A DNA stretch of 63,213 bases, the filler included, from Octopus bimaculoides (lineage: Eukaryota), in assembly GCF_001194135.2 (NCBI RefSeq). It is 6 parts of 6 records of this genome, joined end to end, with 100 filler letters (N's around TTAATTAATTAA, not from the genome) between each part and the next. Parts side by side here need not be neighbours in the genome. Positions count along the whole stretch, not along the records: positions 10,131 to 41,374 come from NC_068985.1; 5 more parts are not named here. One strand, given 5' to 3'. The notes beneath the pieces were generated by a model, which was not told where the DNA came from, ran no database searches, and worked only from the letters and a program-made list of their open reading frames with translations. Within the stretch, counting starts at the first letter, position 1, and every line of letters starts with the position of its first letter. A program made the translations under genes and the position numbers. Of the stretch, positions 11,310 through 23,123 are shown piece after piece.

Positions 11310-12500
11310 AGAGAGGAAGGAGTCTAGATATTCGCGGAAGATTGAGGTCGCACCGATACAGTCGTCAATATAACGGCCATTTAATTTATATATAAGTTTC
11401 ACTGGCCCCACTCCCGAATTAAATGGCCGTTATATTGACGACTGTATCGGTGCGACCTCAATCTTCCGCGAATATCTAGACTCCTTCCTCTCTTTTGTCA
11501 AATCTTTCCATCCATATATATATATCGGTGTGACCTCAATCTTCCGCGAACAGCTAGACTCTTTCCTCTCTTATGTCAAATCTTTCCATCCTGCCCTTCA
11601 CTTCTCCTGCACTATCTCTGACACTTCTGTCTCCTTTCTTGATATTTCGGTCAGCATTCATCACTCCACTCTCACCACCTCCATCCACTACAAACACATG
11701 GACTCACACTCATACCTCAACTTCTCCTCCTCCCACTCTAAGCACAACCCCAAGCTCTCCATCCCCTATTCCCAATTCCTCCGTCTATGCAGGCTCTGCA
11801 GTGACGACCATGACTGAAACTCAGTCTCAACTCATGGCTCGCCACTTCATCCTATGTGGATATCCCCTCACCACTATCCACACCACCCTTGTCAGAACAC
11901 GTTCCGTGGACCATGCATCTACTCTCTTCCACCGTACACGCCCCCCACCCACCTCTCCTCTCTTGCTCCAACTCTTACTTCTCTTCACTCCTACCCTCCT
12001 TTTCTCTTCTCTTCACTCCTACCCACCTTCTCCCTTCATCGTCACCCCCTCGTAACCCCACTCCTACAAAAAAACAACCTCACCGCACCCCATCCTTTAC
12101 ACCCACTCCCACATACCCAACCCTTACCCCAACCCTCAGCCTAACCCACACCCTACCGTTGCTTTTCTCACTCCCGCCTCCGTCACATCCCAACACCATC
12201 ACACCACACACTACCACGCCACACATCACTATACTTACACAACACCACATCACATTACACCACCACGCACACACTAGCACTGACCACTTCCCAGCACCCA
12301 ACCATCATCCACACACCTACACATGCACACACGCAAACGTCAAGGTCACCATCCCTCTTCTACACGCACATAATGCTCTCTTATACATACGCACGCGCAC
12401 CTTCGTTTTGGGATCACTACTACTTTATTATCTCCCTTTCAACTGACGGTCTTTTCAATAACCAGTTGCATGAAATTACAATTGCTGTTTAAAATCATAT
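11310..12500 (+). mobile_element. Penelope-like element RT remnant with inverted 5' duplication
   Basis: GPTPELNGRYIDDCIGATS (YIDD at 11431-11442), then VSFLDISV..TSIHYKHMDSHSYLNFSSSH..SIPYSQFLRLCRLCSD..GYP, typical of the PLE RT C-terminus. 11310-11386 is the reverse complement of 11417-11493. Confidence 0.85.
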
Positions 12501-12889
12501 TATAAAAATCGAAGAAATCCTTTAATCAAAAAATAGCTTGTGTAGAAGGGTAAAAGACCTGAATACCCAGGGTAAATAATTAGTGGTAAAAAATAATAAT
12601 AAATTTAAATAAATTAAGAGATATATCTGTTTAAAAAATAAACTTTCAAGCTAAAATGCATATGCATTTAGCAATAAATACCAAACAACATATACATATA
12701 TACACTGAGCATACAGGCGTTCGTACATGGCTACATACATATACAGACAAATATAGACAAAACATAGATATATACAAATGCATAGATATGTTTGCACACA
12801 CACGCACGCTCATATATACCAGACATTGTTTATAAAATGTATGCGTATATACGTTATGGTGTATATATTTATCTTTATGTGAAGACACG

Positions 12890-12929
<40 letters not shown>

Positions 12930-13800
12930 TCTCCCTCTCTCTCTCCCCCTCTCTCTCTCTNNNNNNNNNNNNNNNNNNNNNNNNNNNNNNNNNNNNNNNN
13001 NNNNNNNNNNNNNNNNNNNNNNNNNNNNNNNNNNNNNNNNNNNNNNNNNNNNNNNNNNNNNNNNNNNNNNNNNNNNNNNNNNNNNNNNNNNNNNNNNNNN
13101 NNNNNNNNNNNNNNNNNNNNNNNNNNNNNNNNNNNNNNNNNNNNNNNNNNNNNNNNNNNNNNNNNNNNNNNNNNNNNNNNNNNNNNNNNNNNNNNNNNNN
13201 NNNNNNNNNNNNNNNNNNNNNNNNNNNNNNNNNNNNNNNNNNNNNNNNNNNNNNNNNNNNNNNNNNNNNNNNNNNNNNNNNNNNNNNNNNNNNNNNNNNN
13301 NNNNNNNNNNNNNNNNNNNNNNNNNNNNNNNNNNNNNNNNNNNNNNNNNNNNNNNNNNNNNNNNNNNNNNNNNNNNNNNNNNNNNNNNNNNNNNNNNNNN
13401 NNNNNNNNNNNNNNNNNNNNNNNNNNNNNNNNNNNNNNNNNNNNNNNNNNNNNNNNNNNNNNNNNNNNNNNNNNNNNNNNNNNNNNNNNNNNNNNNNNNN
13501 NNNNNNNNNNNNNNNNNNNNNNNNNNNNNNNNNNNNNNNNNNNNNNNNNNNNNNNNNNNNNNNNNNNNNNNNNNNNNNNNNNNNNNNNNNNNNNNNNNNN
13601 NNNNNNNNNNNNNNNNNNNNNNNNNNNNNNNNNNNNNNNNNNNNNNNNNNNNNNNNNNNNNNNNNNNNNNNNNNNNNNNNNNNNNNNNNNNNNNNNNNNN
13701 NNNNNNNNNNNNNNNNNNNNNNNNNNNNNNNNNNNNNNNNNNNNNNNNNNNNNNNNNNNNNNNNNNNNNNNNNNNNNNNNNNNNNNNNNNNNNNNNNNNN

Positions 13801-13901
13801 AATGTATAAGTCCATCTTGACATAGCAGGGTCTATCAGGCTAGTAATTACTAGTATTACTAGCCTGATAGACCCTGCTATGTCAAGATGGACTTATATAT
13901 T
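13801..13901. repeat. 47-bp-arm palindrome with a 7-nt spacer
   Basis: 13801-13847 versus 13855-13901, one mismatch. It abuts an N gap. Confidence 0.9.
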
Positions 13902-14169
13902 CTTCCTCTGCTCTCTCCCACTTGGTTTTAATATGTTGCCACATTTGTAATATGTCTTTTTTTCTACATTTTTTCTACATTTTTTCGTGCAGCTGAAGAT
14001 TGCTCTTGATATATATATATATATATAGGTTATGAGCGAAAGTGGTGTCAATTAGACCCAGAGTTTTCAGGTAATGCTGAATAAGTGCTGTGGATAGACC
14101 ATAGTTAAGCTCCAGGTTCGGTGATTATGCGAATATGGGGTCCAACGGAGTTCATATATGAGCGTGCGA

Positions 14170-14349
14170 ATATAAGGATTTCGTAATGAGATAAAGAACC
14201 AAGGCTGTGTATTATATAGAACATTCATAAATAGATGATCTTACAGGGATATAATAAATATTCTGGAAACAGCTGTAAGATCTTCTATTTATAAATGTTC
14301 TATATTATACACAGCCTTGGTTCTTTATCTCATTACGAAATCCTTATAT
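14170..14349. mobile_element. Palindromic PLE-pLTR-like element with partial hammerhead motif
   Basis: Arms 14170-14246 and 14273-14349 with few mismatches. GAAACAGCTGTA at 14266-14277. Confidence 0.7.
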
Positions 14350-14352
14350 ATA

Positions 14353-15120
14353 CGAGGGGTGTCTGAAAAGTTTTAAGCCTAACCTAGAATCGGGGCTGCT
14401 ATATAGTTGAAACAATTTTTTCTGGTAAGTACAGTCTGTTCGGAGTATTCTTGCTCATTTTCATGATTCTGATATTTTAATTTTTTTGTTGCAGATTTTT
14501 GAATAAACAAGCTTCGAATTTACGAGGAAAATGGAGAAAACTAAGTATCGTGCTGTCATAAAGTACCTTCATTTGAAAAGCATGATTCCATCAGAAATCC
14601 ATGAAGATATGGTGAGAACCTTAACAGACAATGCTCCTTCATATGCAACAGTCAAACGCTGGGTAAATGAATTCAAGCGTGGCAAGGAGAGTGTGGAGGA
14701 TGATCCAAGACCAGGGAGACCTCCAACTGCAACCACCAAGGACAATCTTGACCTTGCTCTTGGTATGATAATGCAAGATCGCCGAATATCATGTCGTCAG
14801 ATAGCCGAGAGACTGAGCATCTCAACTGAAAGAGCAGACAACATTGTGACAAAAGAACTTGGGTTCTCAAAGGTTTCGGCAAGGTGCGTCCCTCGCCTTT
14901 TGACTCCTAAACAGAAAGGCACCAGGTGCACTTTGTCCACGAGCAATCTGGAACTGTTTGAAGCTGATGAAGAGAATTTTCTTGCTCGTTTCATTACTAT
15001 GGACGAAAGTTGGGTTCATCACTACCAGCCTGAAACCAAAGAACAATCAAAGCAGTGGAAGCACACATCTTCTCCTACCCCAAAGAAGGCCAGGGTCATT
15101 CCTTCAGCTGGCAAAGTCAT
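14353..15120 (+). mobile_element. Mariner transposon, left TIR plus 5' part of transposase (ATG 14531), 3'-truncated
   Basis: TA then CGAGGGGTGTCTGAAAAGTT TIR. ORF has YRAVIKYL..SYATVKRW..GRP, KVSARCVPRLL (WVPR-like), ITMDESWVHHYQPETK (first catalytic D) and breaks at SAGKV. Confidence 0.92.
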
Positions 15121-15386
15121 TTCCAAGCTATATATTAAAGGATAAGAGGCAACTGATTAGAATTCTTATTAATATAGAATCTTCTTTTATTTGGATTGTG
15201 GCAAAGCCTAAAATTGCTATATTCTAGATCTCAGAAGTTGAAGCCATACACTGAAGAAGTGTAATAAGATCCTTTCTAATCTTATTGAGTCCACGCCCTT
15301 TCATATCATGAGTAATAATATACTTATAATTATCACTTATAATATACTTATAATTATCACTTATAATATACTTATAATTATCACTT
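15121..15386 (+). repeat. 218-bp copy of 16975-17192, plus two extra tandem copies of its terminal 24-mer
   Basis: Direct comparison shows 2 visible mismatches. ATAATATACTTATAATTATCACTT occurs three times, ending at 15338, 15362 and 15386. Confidence 0.9.
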
Positions 15387-16170
15387 TCAAATTGGTCTCT
15401 TTTCTTACACTGTTTCTTACAAAGTCCCTCAATAAGTGCTGTGGATGATAGTCCTGAGGGAATTCCACCTCTACTTTGTAACTCCATCTGGTAGGTCTGC
15501 AGATAGGGCACCCTCCACTAATTTGATGACCTTTTCTACTTTGTATGAGTTTCGTTACAGTGACATCAGTCCTGCTTACCTGATGTTTTTTTTTAATATA
15601 CATCTTTGGCTGAAGCCTAATGTTGCAGCAAATCAGATTGGCTGCAACACGTATCAACATGTTGCAGCCAATACCTTCAAACAATCAAGTCATCAGCAAA
15701 TTTTTCAAGTAGCAGCATCTTGTAAGTATCAGGTTTGGTTGGCATCAGTGCTTGGAACATTGGCACACACTTTGTGAGATGCATTATTTTGGAAATAAGT
15801 GATGGCAATGCCCACTTGCCCATTGTCATTTATATTTCCAATTCCATGTCACCCCAGGTGCAGAGTTGAGCTGACACCCACTCTGGTGTTGGTGTCACCA
15901 GCAATAGCAGCAGTCTCCTGAATTGTCCTCGAGAGTTAACCATAGAATCATCTTTTGTATTTTGTGTAGCTTAGAGAGTTGGGACATAGACACTGACAAG
16001 ATTGACAGGCTCATTGAGTGTATGGTGTCAAAGTGAGAAAATCCTTTCAGTCCTGCTTTCAGTTGGCTCCATCATCTTCAGCAGAAAGTTTCTCACAGCA
16101 AAGCCAACTTCATGCTCTCTAGACTCATGTAAGCCTCTTCCCCAAAACGTATAGTCTTTCACACATTGAA
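15387..16170 (-). pseudogene. Decayed RTE-like LINE, APE endonuclease domain and linker
   Basis: Manual translation across stops and frameshifts: DYTFWGRG..REHEVGFAVRN..PVNLVSVYVPT..GD(T)N(T)RVG..HGIGNINDNGQ..CCNIRLQPK..KKQCKKRDQFE. Confidence 0.75.
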
Positions 16171-17413
16171 GGGAACATTGCAATTAGAAATGTATGCATT
16201 AGAAAGGAAAATTAGAGAGAGAACTAATGATATATTTTATTTGTCGGGTGCGATGAAAACAAAAATAAAATAGGACATAGATATAGAAAAATTGATCAAA
16301 ATACAACAGGGTAATATGATTTCAAAAGTTAGGGGTAAAAAATGAGGACATGGAAAAAAAAAAGTTAATCAATTCAAAGTTGATGGAAAAAGTTCAAGAG
16401 TCTTCTGGATCTTTGAAAGCAAAACCCTTATGTATAACATATAACATGATTGATAGAAAACCATGTAAAAGAAAATTTCTATAAATGAATTGTATAAGGA
16501 ATAAATATGACAGTCAGAAGCAGTCAATGAAATGGGGGTCAAAGAAAGAATATTTGCAACATATTTGAAATAATAATTCTTTCTATCATAAGCACAAGGC
16601 CTGAGATTTTAGGGAAGGGCTAGTTGATTACATAGACCCCAGTGTTCAACTGGTATTTATTTAATCAATGAAATAAGGATGAAAGGTAAAGTCGACATTG
16701 GCTGTATTCAAACTCAGAAAGTAAAGATGGCTGAAACACCTCTTAGCTTTAATGATTCTGTCAGCTTGCCATTTTAACTTGAAATATTATATACCCTGCA
16801 AAAATGCTTACATACTAAATTTAAGAAGCATCAAGCTTCATCAGTCTTGTAATTCATATTGACTGTTCGATTGAGTCACAAAACCTTTCTATTCATAGTT
16901 TATTGAGATTTACAGAGATTTACATAACGAATCTGCTCTGAAAACTCACCATTCCTAATATGTGTTTACTTATTTTCCAAGCTATATATTAAAGGATAAG
17001 AGGCAACTGATTAGAATTCTTGTTAATATAGAATCTTCTTTTATTTGGATTGTGGCAAAGCCTAAAATTGCTATATTCTAGATCTCAGAAGTTGAAGCCA
17101 TACACTGAAGAAGTGTAATAAGATCCTTTCTAATCTTATTGAGTCCACACCCTTTCATATCATGAGTAATAATATACTTATAATTATCACTTCAGTTTGA
17201 TAATCGGTTATGTGAAACTTTGAGTAACAATCTTTGTAGTATTTCAGCTTCATACATACATACATACATACATACATACATACATACATACATACATACT
17301 TTACATACATACATATATGTATATACGTATGTATGTGTGTGTGCATACGTGTGTGTGTGGTGTGTGTGTGGTGTGTGTGTGGTGTGTGTGTGTGTGTACG
17401 TGTGTGTGTGCAT

Positions 17414-17467
<54 letters not shown>

Positions 17468-19073
17468 ATTAGCAGACGTATTGCTTTAGACTCAGCACTT
17501 ACAATGGAGTACAGCTATGGAATAAATTTGTGGCTTTGAGAAGTCATAAGGACTTGCAAGCTTGAAAGTACTGATCACATATCATTTCCCTCATTTCTTT
17601 TTATTTGTGTGCTTAACACTCATTTGTATTGTTTCGTGATAGTAACAGTAAAGATAAAAATCAATTTCCATACTCTAAGTTTTGTATAGCACCATCCTAC
17701 ATACTGATTCACAAACTTATGAGCCAGCCTTTCATGCCTAAATTCTTCTTGCCTTTGAGTTTCATTTTTGTTGCTAGATGTTAGGAATATAGTACTGTAG
17801 ACTTTTGACCTCCTTATTATGTAAGATATTTGCTCAGACTTCCACCTGTGTTTCTCTTAGTTGTTCTTATGAAGGTATAGAAAGTACTCTTTGTAAGAAA
17901 AAGATAGATTAGTTTTCTTCATTGTAGTTGTTGCTATTGGAAACAGAAACATTCTTAGACAAAGCAAATTTTAGCCATGTTTAACATATGATTGAAGTTT
18001 GCAAAGCAGTTTTATAGGAGTTGTTCAGCTTTCCAATGACTGAATTGCATTTTCCCTTTTTGTTTTGGAAGGTTTTATTACACTAGCTTGATGCCACTGT
18101 GAATGAAGTTGAGGTAAAATGTTAAAAAAATGTGTTTCACAGAAGTTAATAGTATATAATGAAAAGTGTCATGTAAAAACATTTTATGTAATATAAATAA
18201 GTGAAATAAAGCCACTTTCTGAAAAAGCCACTTTCTAAAAAAAAAAAAACACTTTCTAAATAAAGTCACTTTCTAAAAAAGAAAGGGAAAAACTTGGAAA
18301 AGTTGGCAATTCAGAAGATTGGCATCATCCTACATACTGACTCACAAGCTTATGAGTCAGCCTTTCATGCCCAAATTCTTCTTGCCTTTGAGTTTCATTT
18401 TTGAGAGCAAAGAAAATAATCCTCATCCATTCAAAGCAGCTTTTATTAAAAGTAATAATATTTATAAATTTTATAATACTTCTAGCATTTCTAGTAGATG
18501 CACTATGCGTGAAAATAAGACAGAATGATCTTGGTTGGAATATCTTTGGTTGCAGGTCTACTCAGTTAGAGTTGAGCTTGGGCTAAACAACAACCACTGC
18601 AATATATTACTTCAAATGTGGAATGGATACTAATCAAATAACTAATTAAAGTAGGTAGCTACATGAAGTCTATCTCTCTATTCTCAGTTTGTTAGAATGA
18701 TAACTCTACAGAATTCAATAAGGTTTGTTGAACAGTTGTTGCTTTTCAGTTCCAAACCAGCCCTCATCAAGTAAGTCTTTTTTACTAAAAGCATTCTGAC
18801 TATTCTGCCTTTTATTCAAGTTTTGTGTCTTTTAAGATGAAGTGTGATTTGAGGGGGATTTAGCAGCTATCTTTACTGAACCAAGTCTCCCTCAAATCAT
18901 GTTCAAGACTTAAAAAAGAAGGACTCATTATGTATGGTAACACCCCCCCCCAACACACACACACACACGCGCACACACAAAATCCACTGCATTATTTTGA
19001 ATTTGCTAGTGTTAACAATACTCGCAAATAAAATACAGACTGGTGTTGTAGTGCTCCAAGTGAGCTATATTCC

Positions 19074-19719
19074 ACTCAATAATTTCAATTGGAGACAATA
19101 CAAGCAGAAACTAGAGGAACATAATTAATAACCACACTCAAAAATTAAATATATACATATATTCTTCTACATTTATAAAACAGACATAAAAATTCCAATT
19201 ATATAAATATAAAGATTCACATAAATAGATAAATATCGATGTGATACATAAAACACAGTGAATTTACATTTAAAAGTTATAATATATTGGTGTAATAAAA
19301 ATTTAAGATGATAAAATATTAAAAGGATGTATTAAAATACCATGAAAATAGTACAAAAATTAAAAAAATCCATCTATGTTTCAGAGATGTGCCAAGTAAT
19401 ATGATATATTTCATATTTTTAAAACTAACACTCCCCTCATCAGGATGTTTTCACACAATATACGAAAAACAAAAATACAATTATATACCAGCCATCTGAA
19501 AGATTATTACATCAATATATTATAACTTTTAAATGTAAATTCACTGTATTTTATGTATCACATCGATATTTATCTATTTATGTGTATCTTTATATTTTTA
19601 TATTTGGAATTTTTATATCCGTTTTATAAATGTAGAAGAATATATGTATATATTTGATTTTCAAGTGTGGTTATTAATTATGTTCTTCTAGTTTCTGCCT
19701 CCAATTGAAATTATTAAGT
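19074..19719. mobile_element. Outward-facing inverted repeat (about 215-bp arms) with a minus-strand hammerhead relic in the spacer
   Basis: Arms about 19074-19298 and 19504-19719. HHR-like motif at 19371-19447. Confidence 0.75.
19371..19447 (-). ncRNA. Degenerate type I minimal hammerhead ribozyme
   Basis: CATC-CTGATGA-GGGGAGTGTTAG..TTGGCACATCTCT-GAAA-C(A)T-A-GATG: 4-bp stem I and long stem II. Stem III ACAT is explainable as CpG decay of ACGT. Confidence 0.55.
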
Positions 19720-20463
19720 ATATATATATATATGTGTGTGTAAGATCCAAGGATCAAGGTGTAGGAAGAAAATTAGTTTCAAGCAACCTGTTGTAAATAT
19801 AAAAAACAACTTTCAGGGATAATAGTGGTTTATTGAGAAAGAAGGTTGTGGATTTTTTTCTTATCTCTTATCGAAGTATGATAAATTGAAAAAAGTTCTT
19901 TTTATATTTCATGGTAGGCAACCAGTGTTGGTGAGTATGCAAATAAGAATACAAAAATTAAGGAATGTAATAGATAAGATCGAGCTACATATGTTTCATA
20001 GCGAGCAGAACCTCAGAAATGGTAAACATCCAAACGAAGTATATACTACAGGCCAAGGATATTTTGATTAAATGAAAGTTTACATTGTCACAAGGAGGTA
20101 CATGTTAACACATGGAAAATTCAATCAGAATGGCTAGAGAACACAGTAGGAGTGGAGAATATAAATATAGAGAGAAATTAGGATTAAAACTTACATTTAA
20201 TCAAGCTACCCTTGGCCTGAAGAGTAGCCTAAAGTATGCACCTCACTTGAATACTTATTACTTCTGAGGTTCCACTTGCTATAAAACATATGTAGCCCAG
20301 ATCTTATCTACTCCATTACTCTATTCCTTAACTCTTGTATATATATATATATATGTGTGTGTGTGTTAATAATAATAATATGACAACAAAAGAATGAATG
20401 AGACTTCGATATTATGTAAAATAGAGGAATTTATCTATAGATATATGTGACAATTAGTTGGTT

Positions 20464-20534
20464 GTCACAATAAAACTCAGAGTTTTGGGTACTGGAGATG
20501 AAGTCTTCTCCAGCATCTCATCAGTTATTAAGAC
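20464..20534 (-). ncRNA. Type I hammerhead, G12>A mutant
   Basis: GTCTTAATAA-CTGATGA-GATGCTGGAG..CTCCAGTACC-C-AAAA-CTCTGAGT-T-TTATTGTGAC. Stem I pairs 9 of 10 positions. Confidence 0.55.
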
Positions 20535-20599
20535 AAAACAACTGATGAGATGCCAGAGCAGGCTTCATCTCTGGTATCCGAAACTCTGAGTTTTATGAC
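20535..20599 (+). ncRNA. Type I hammerhead with intact core but weak stem I
   Basis: CTGATGA-GATGCCAGAG(loop)CTCTGGTATC-C-GAAA-CTCTGAGT-T. Stem II is 10 bp, with one extra C before GAAA. Confidence 0.55.
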
Positions 20600-20631
20600 A
20601 ACCAACTAATTGTCACATATCATATTTATAT

Positions 20632-20668
<37 letters not shown>

Positions 20669-21164
20669 NNNNNNNNNNNNNNNNNNNNNNNNNNNNNNNN
20701 NNNNNNNNNNNNNNNNNNNNNNNNNNNNNNNNNNNNNNNNNNNNNNNNNNNNNNNNNNNNNNNNNNNNNNNNNNNNNNNNNNNNNNNNNNNNNNNNNNNN
20801 NNNNNNNNNNNNNNNNNNNNNNNNNNNNNNNNNNNNNNNNNNNNNNNNNNNNNNNNNNNNNNNNNNNNNNNNNNNNNNNNNNNNNNNNNNNNNNNNNNNN
20901 NNNNNNNNTATATATGTACACAGTAATCTCTCGTTGTATTGTGGTTCACCTATCGGGGTTTATTATTTAAGCTTATGTTGATTCATCTGGAGTGTTTTAC
21001 ATTTATAATAAAATAAATATATACAAATTATAAAAATAATTAAAAAGCGTATACAGTACAGCACTGTTTCTATTTTGCGGAATTTCACCTATTGCGGGAG
21101 TTTTTGGAACATAACTTCCATGATAGTTAAGGGATTACTGTGTATATATATGTATATATATATA

Positions 21165-22165
21165 TTGAGGGGTTGGACAAAATAATGGAAACACCTAGCA
21201 TCAAAAGCTTGTTTATTTTTATGTTTTTTTATTTATTATTAGTGTTACTTAACATGTTTTTTTAAAATTACTATTTCTTTTCAGATATCAGAAAAAGGTA
21301 ATTAAAATCATTAAAATGACAGATCTATTGGATTTTCAAAGAGGTCAAATTGCTGGTGCTTGTATGACAGGTACTAGCATAAGGAAAACAGCTGAAATGT
21401 TTCATGTATCAAGAAGTACTGACTCGAAAGTAATGACAGTCTTTGAGAAAGAAGGAAAAATCCTCCTCGTTGAAACAAAACTCTGGAAGAAAACCAAAAC
21501 TTTCAGATAGGGACCATTGAACTCTTACGTGAATTGTTAGAAAGGATCACAAAAAGTACAACTCCCAAAATTACTGCGGAGCTTAATGACCACTACTTTG
21601 AAAAACAAGCGTTGCAAAGCATTTAGAGTGGAGTAAAAATCTACAGAATTGGTCCCTAGAGCAGTGGAAGCATATTATTTTCTCGAATGCGTTGTCCTTT
21701 ACCTTATTTCTGACCACCGGCCAAGTATATGTGTGGAGACAGCAAAAAGAAGCATTTGACCCAGACTGTGTTCTTTCAACTGTTAAATATGGAGGAGTAT
21801 CTGTGATGATCTGGAAGACTATATCTTGGAAATCCGCCGGCCCAATGGTTTCCCTTCATGGCAGAATTAATAGTCAAGACTATTTAAGCATTTTATCTGA
21901 TCAAATTCATTCTTTGGTTGCGGAACTGTTTCCGGAGGGAAACGCAATTTTTCAGGATAATGCACCAATTCACACAGCTAAAGTTGTTACTGAATGGCTG
22001 GAGGAACATTCTAGTGAAGTTGAACATCTTATCTTGCCGCCATAATCCCCAGATCTCAATATTTCCAGCTACCACATTTATGGTGCATTTTAGAAAAACA
22101 AGTAAGGAGTCAATATCCTCCACCATCATCACTACAAGAACTGGAGACTGTTTTAGCTGAAGAAT
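21165..22165 (+). mobile_element. Tc1-family transposon, frameshifted, running into a gap
   Basis: TA then TTGAGGGGTTGGACAAAATAATGGAAACACC TIR. ORF pieces MTDLLDFQRGQIAGA..TAEMFHVSRST, TVKYGGVSVMIW and IFQDNAPIHTAK..SPDLNI. Confidence 0.88.
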
Positions 22166-23079
22166 NNNNNNNNNNNNNNNNNNNNNNNNNNNNNNNNNNN
22201 NNNNNNNNNNNNNNNNNNNNNNNNNNNNNNNNNNNNNNNNNNNNNNNNNNNNNNNNNNNNNNNNNNNNNNNNNNNNNNNNNNNNNNNNNNNNNNNNNNNN
22301 NNNNNNNNNNNNNNNNNNNNNNNNNNNNNNNNNNNNNNNNNNNNNNNNNNNNNNNNNNNNNNNNNNNNNNNNNNNNNNNNNNNNNNNNNNNNNNNNNNNN
22401 NNNNNNNNNNNNNNNNNNNNNNNNNNNNNNNNNNNNNNNNNNNNNNNNNNNNNNNNNNNNNNNNNNNNNNNNNNNNNNNNNNNNNNNNNNNNNNNNNNNN
22501 NNNNNNNNNNNNNNNNNNNNNNNNNNNNNNNNNNNNNNNNNNNNNNNNNNNNNNNNNNNNNNNNNNNNNNNNNNNNNNNNNNNNNNNNNNNNNNNNNNNN
22601 NNNNNNNNNNNNNNNNNNNNNNNNNNNNNNNNNNNNNNNNNNNNNNNNNNNNNNNNNNNNNNNNNNNNNNNNNNNNNNNNNNNNNNNNNNNNNNNNNNNN
22701 NNNNNNNNNNNNNNNNNNNNNNNNNNNNNNNNNNNNNNNNNNNNNNNNNNNNNNNNNNNNNNNNNNNNNNNNNNNNNNNNNNNNNNNNNNNNNNNNNNNN
22801 NNNNNNNNNNNNNNNNNNNNNNNNNNNNNNNNNNNNNNNNNNNNNNNNNNNNNNNNNNNNNNNNNNNNNNNNNNNNNNNNNNNNNNNNNNNNNNNNNNNN
22901 NNNNNNNNNNNNNNNNNNNNNNNNNNNNNNNNNNNNNNNNNNNNNNNNNNNNNNNNNNNNNNNNNNNNNNNNNNNNNNNNNNNNNNNNNNNNNNNNNNNN
23001 NNNNNNNNNNNNNNNNNNNNNNNNNNNNNNNNNNNNNNNNNNNNNNNNNNNNNNNNNNNNNNNNNNNNNNNNNNNNNNN

Positions 23080-23117
<38 letters not shown>

Positions 23118-23123
<6 letters not shown>

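Larger units (their letters stand above)
20443..20620. mobile_element. Head-to-head palindrome made of two hammerhead-bearing units
   Basis: Imperfect inverted repeat with CTGATGA on both strands (20518-20524 minus, 20542-20548 plus). Confidence 0.75.

Noticed and set aside
11573-12446. Pro/Thr/His-rich ORFs
   Set aside because: Off-frame readings of the PLE relic and its CT/CA-rich degenerate tail.
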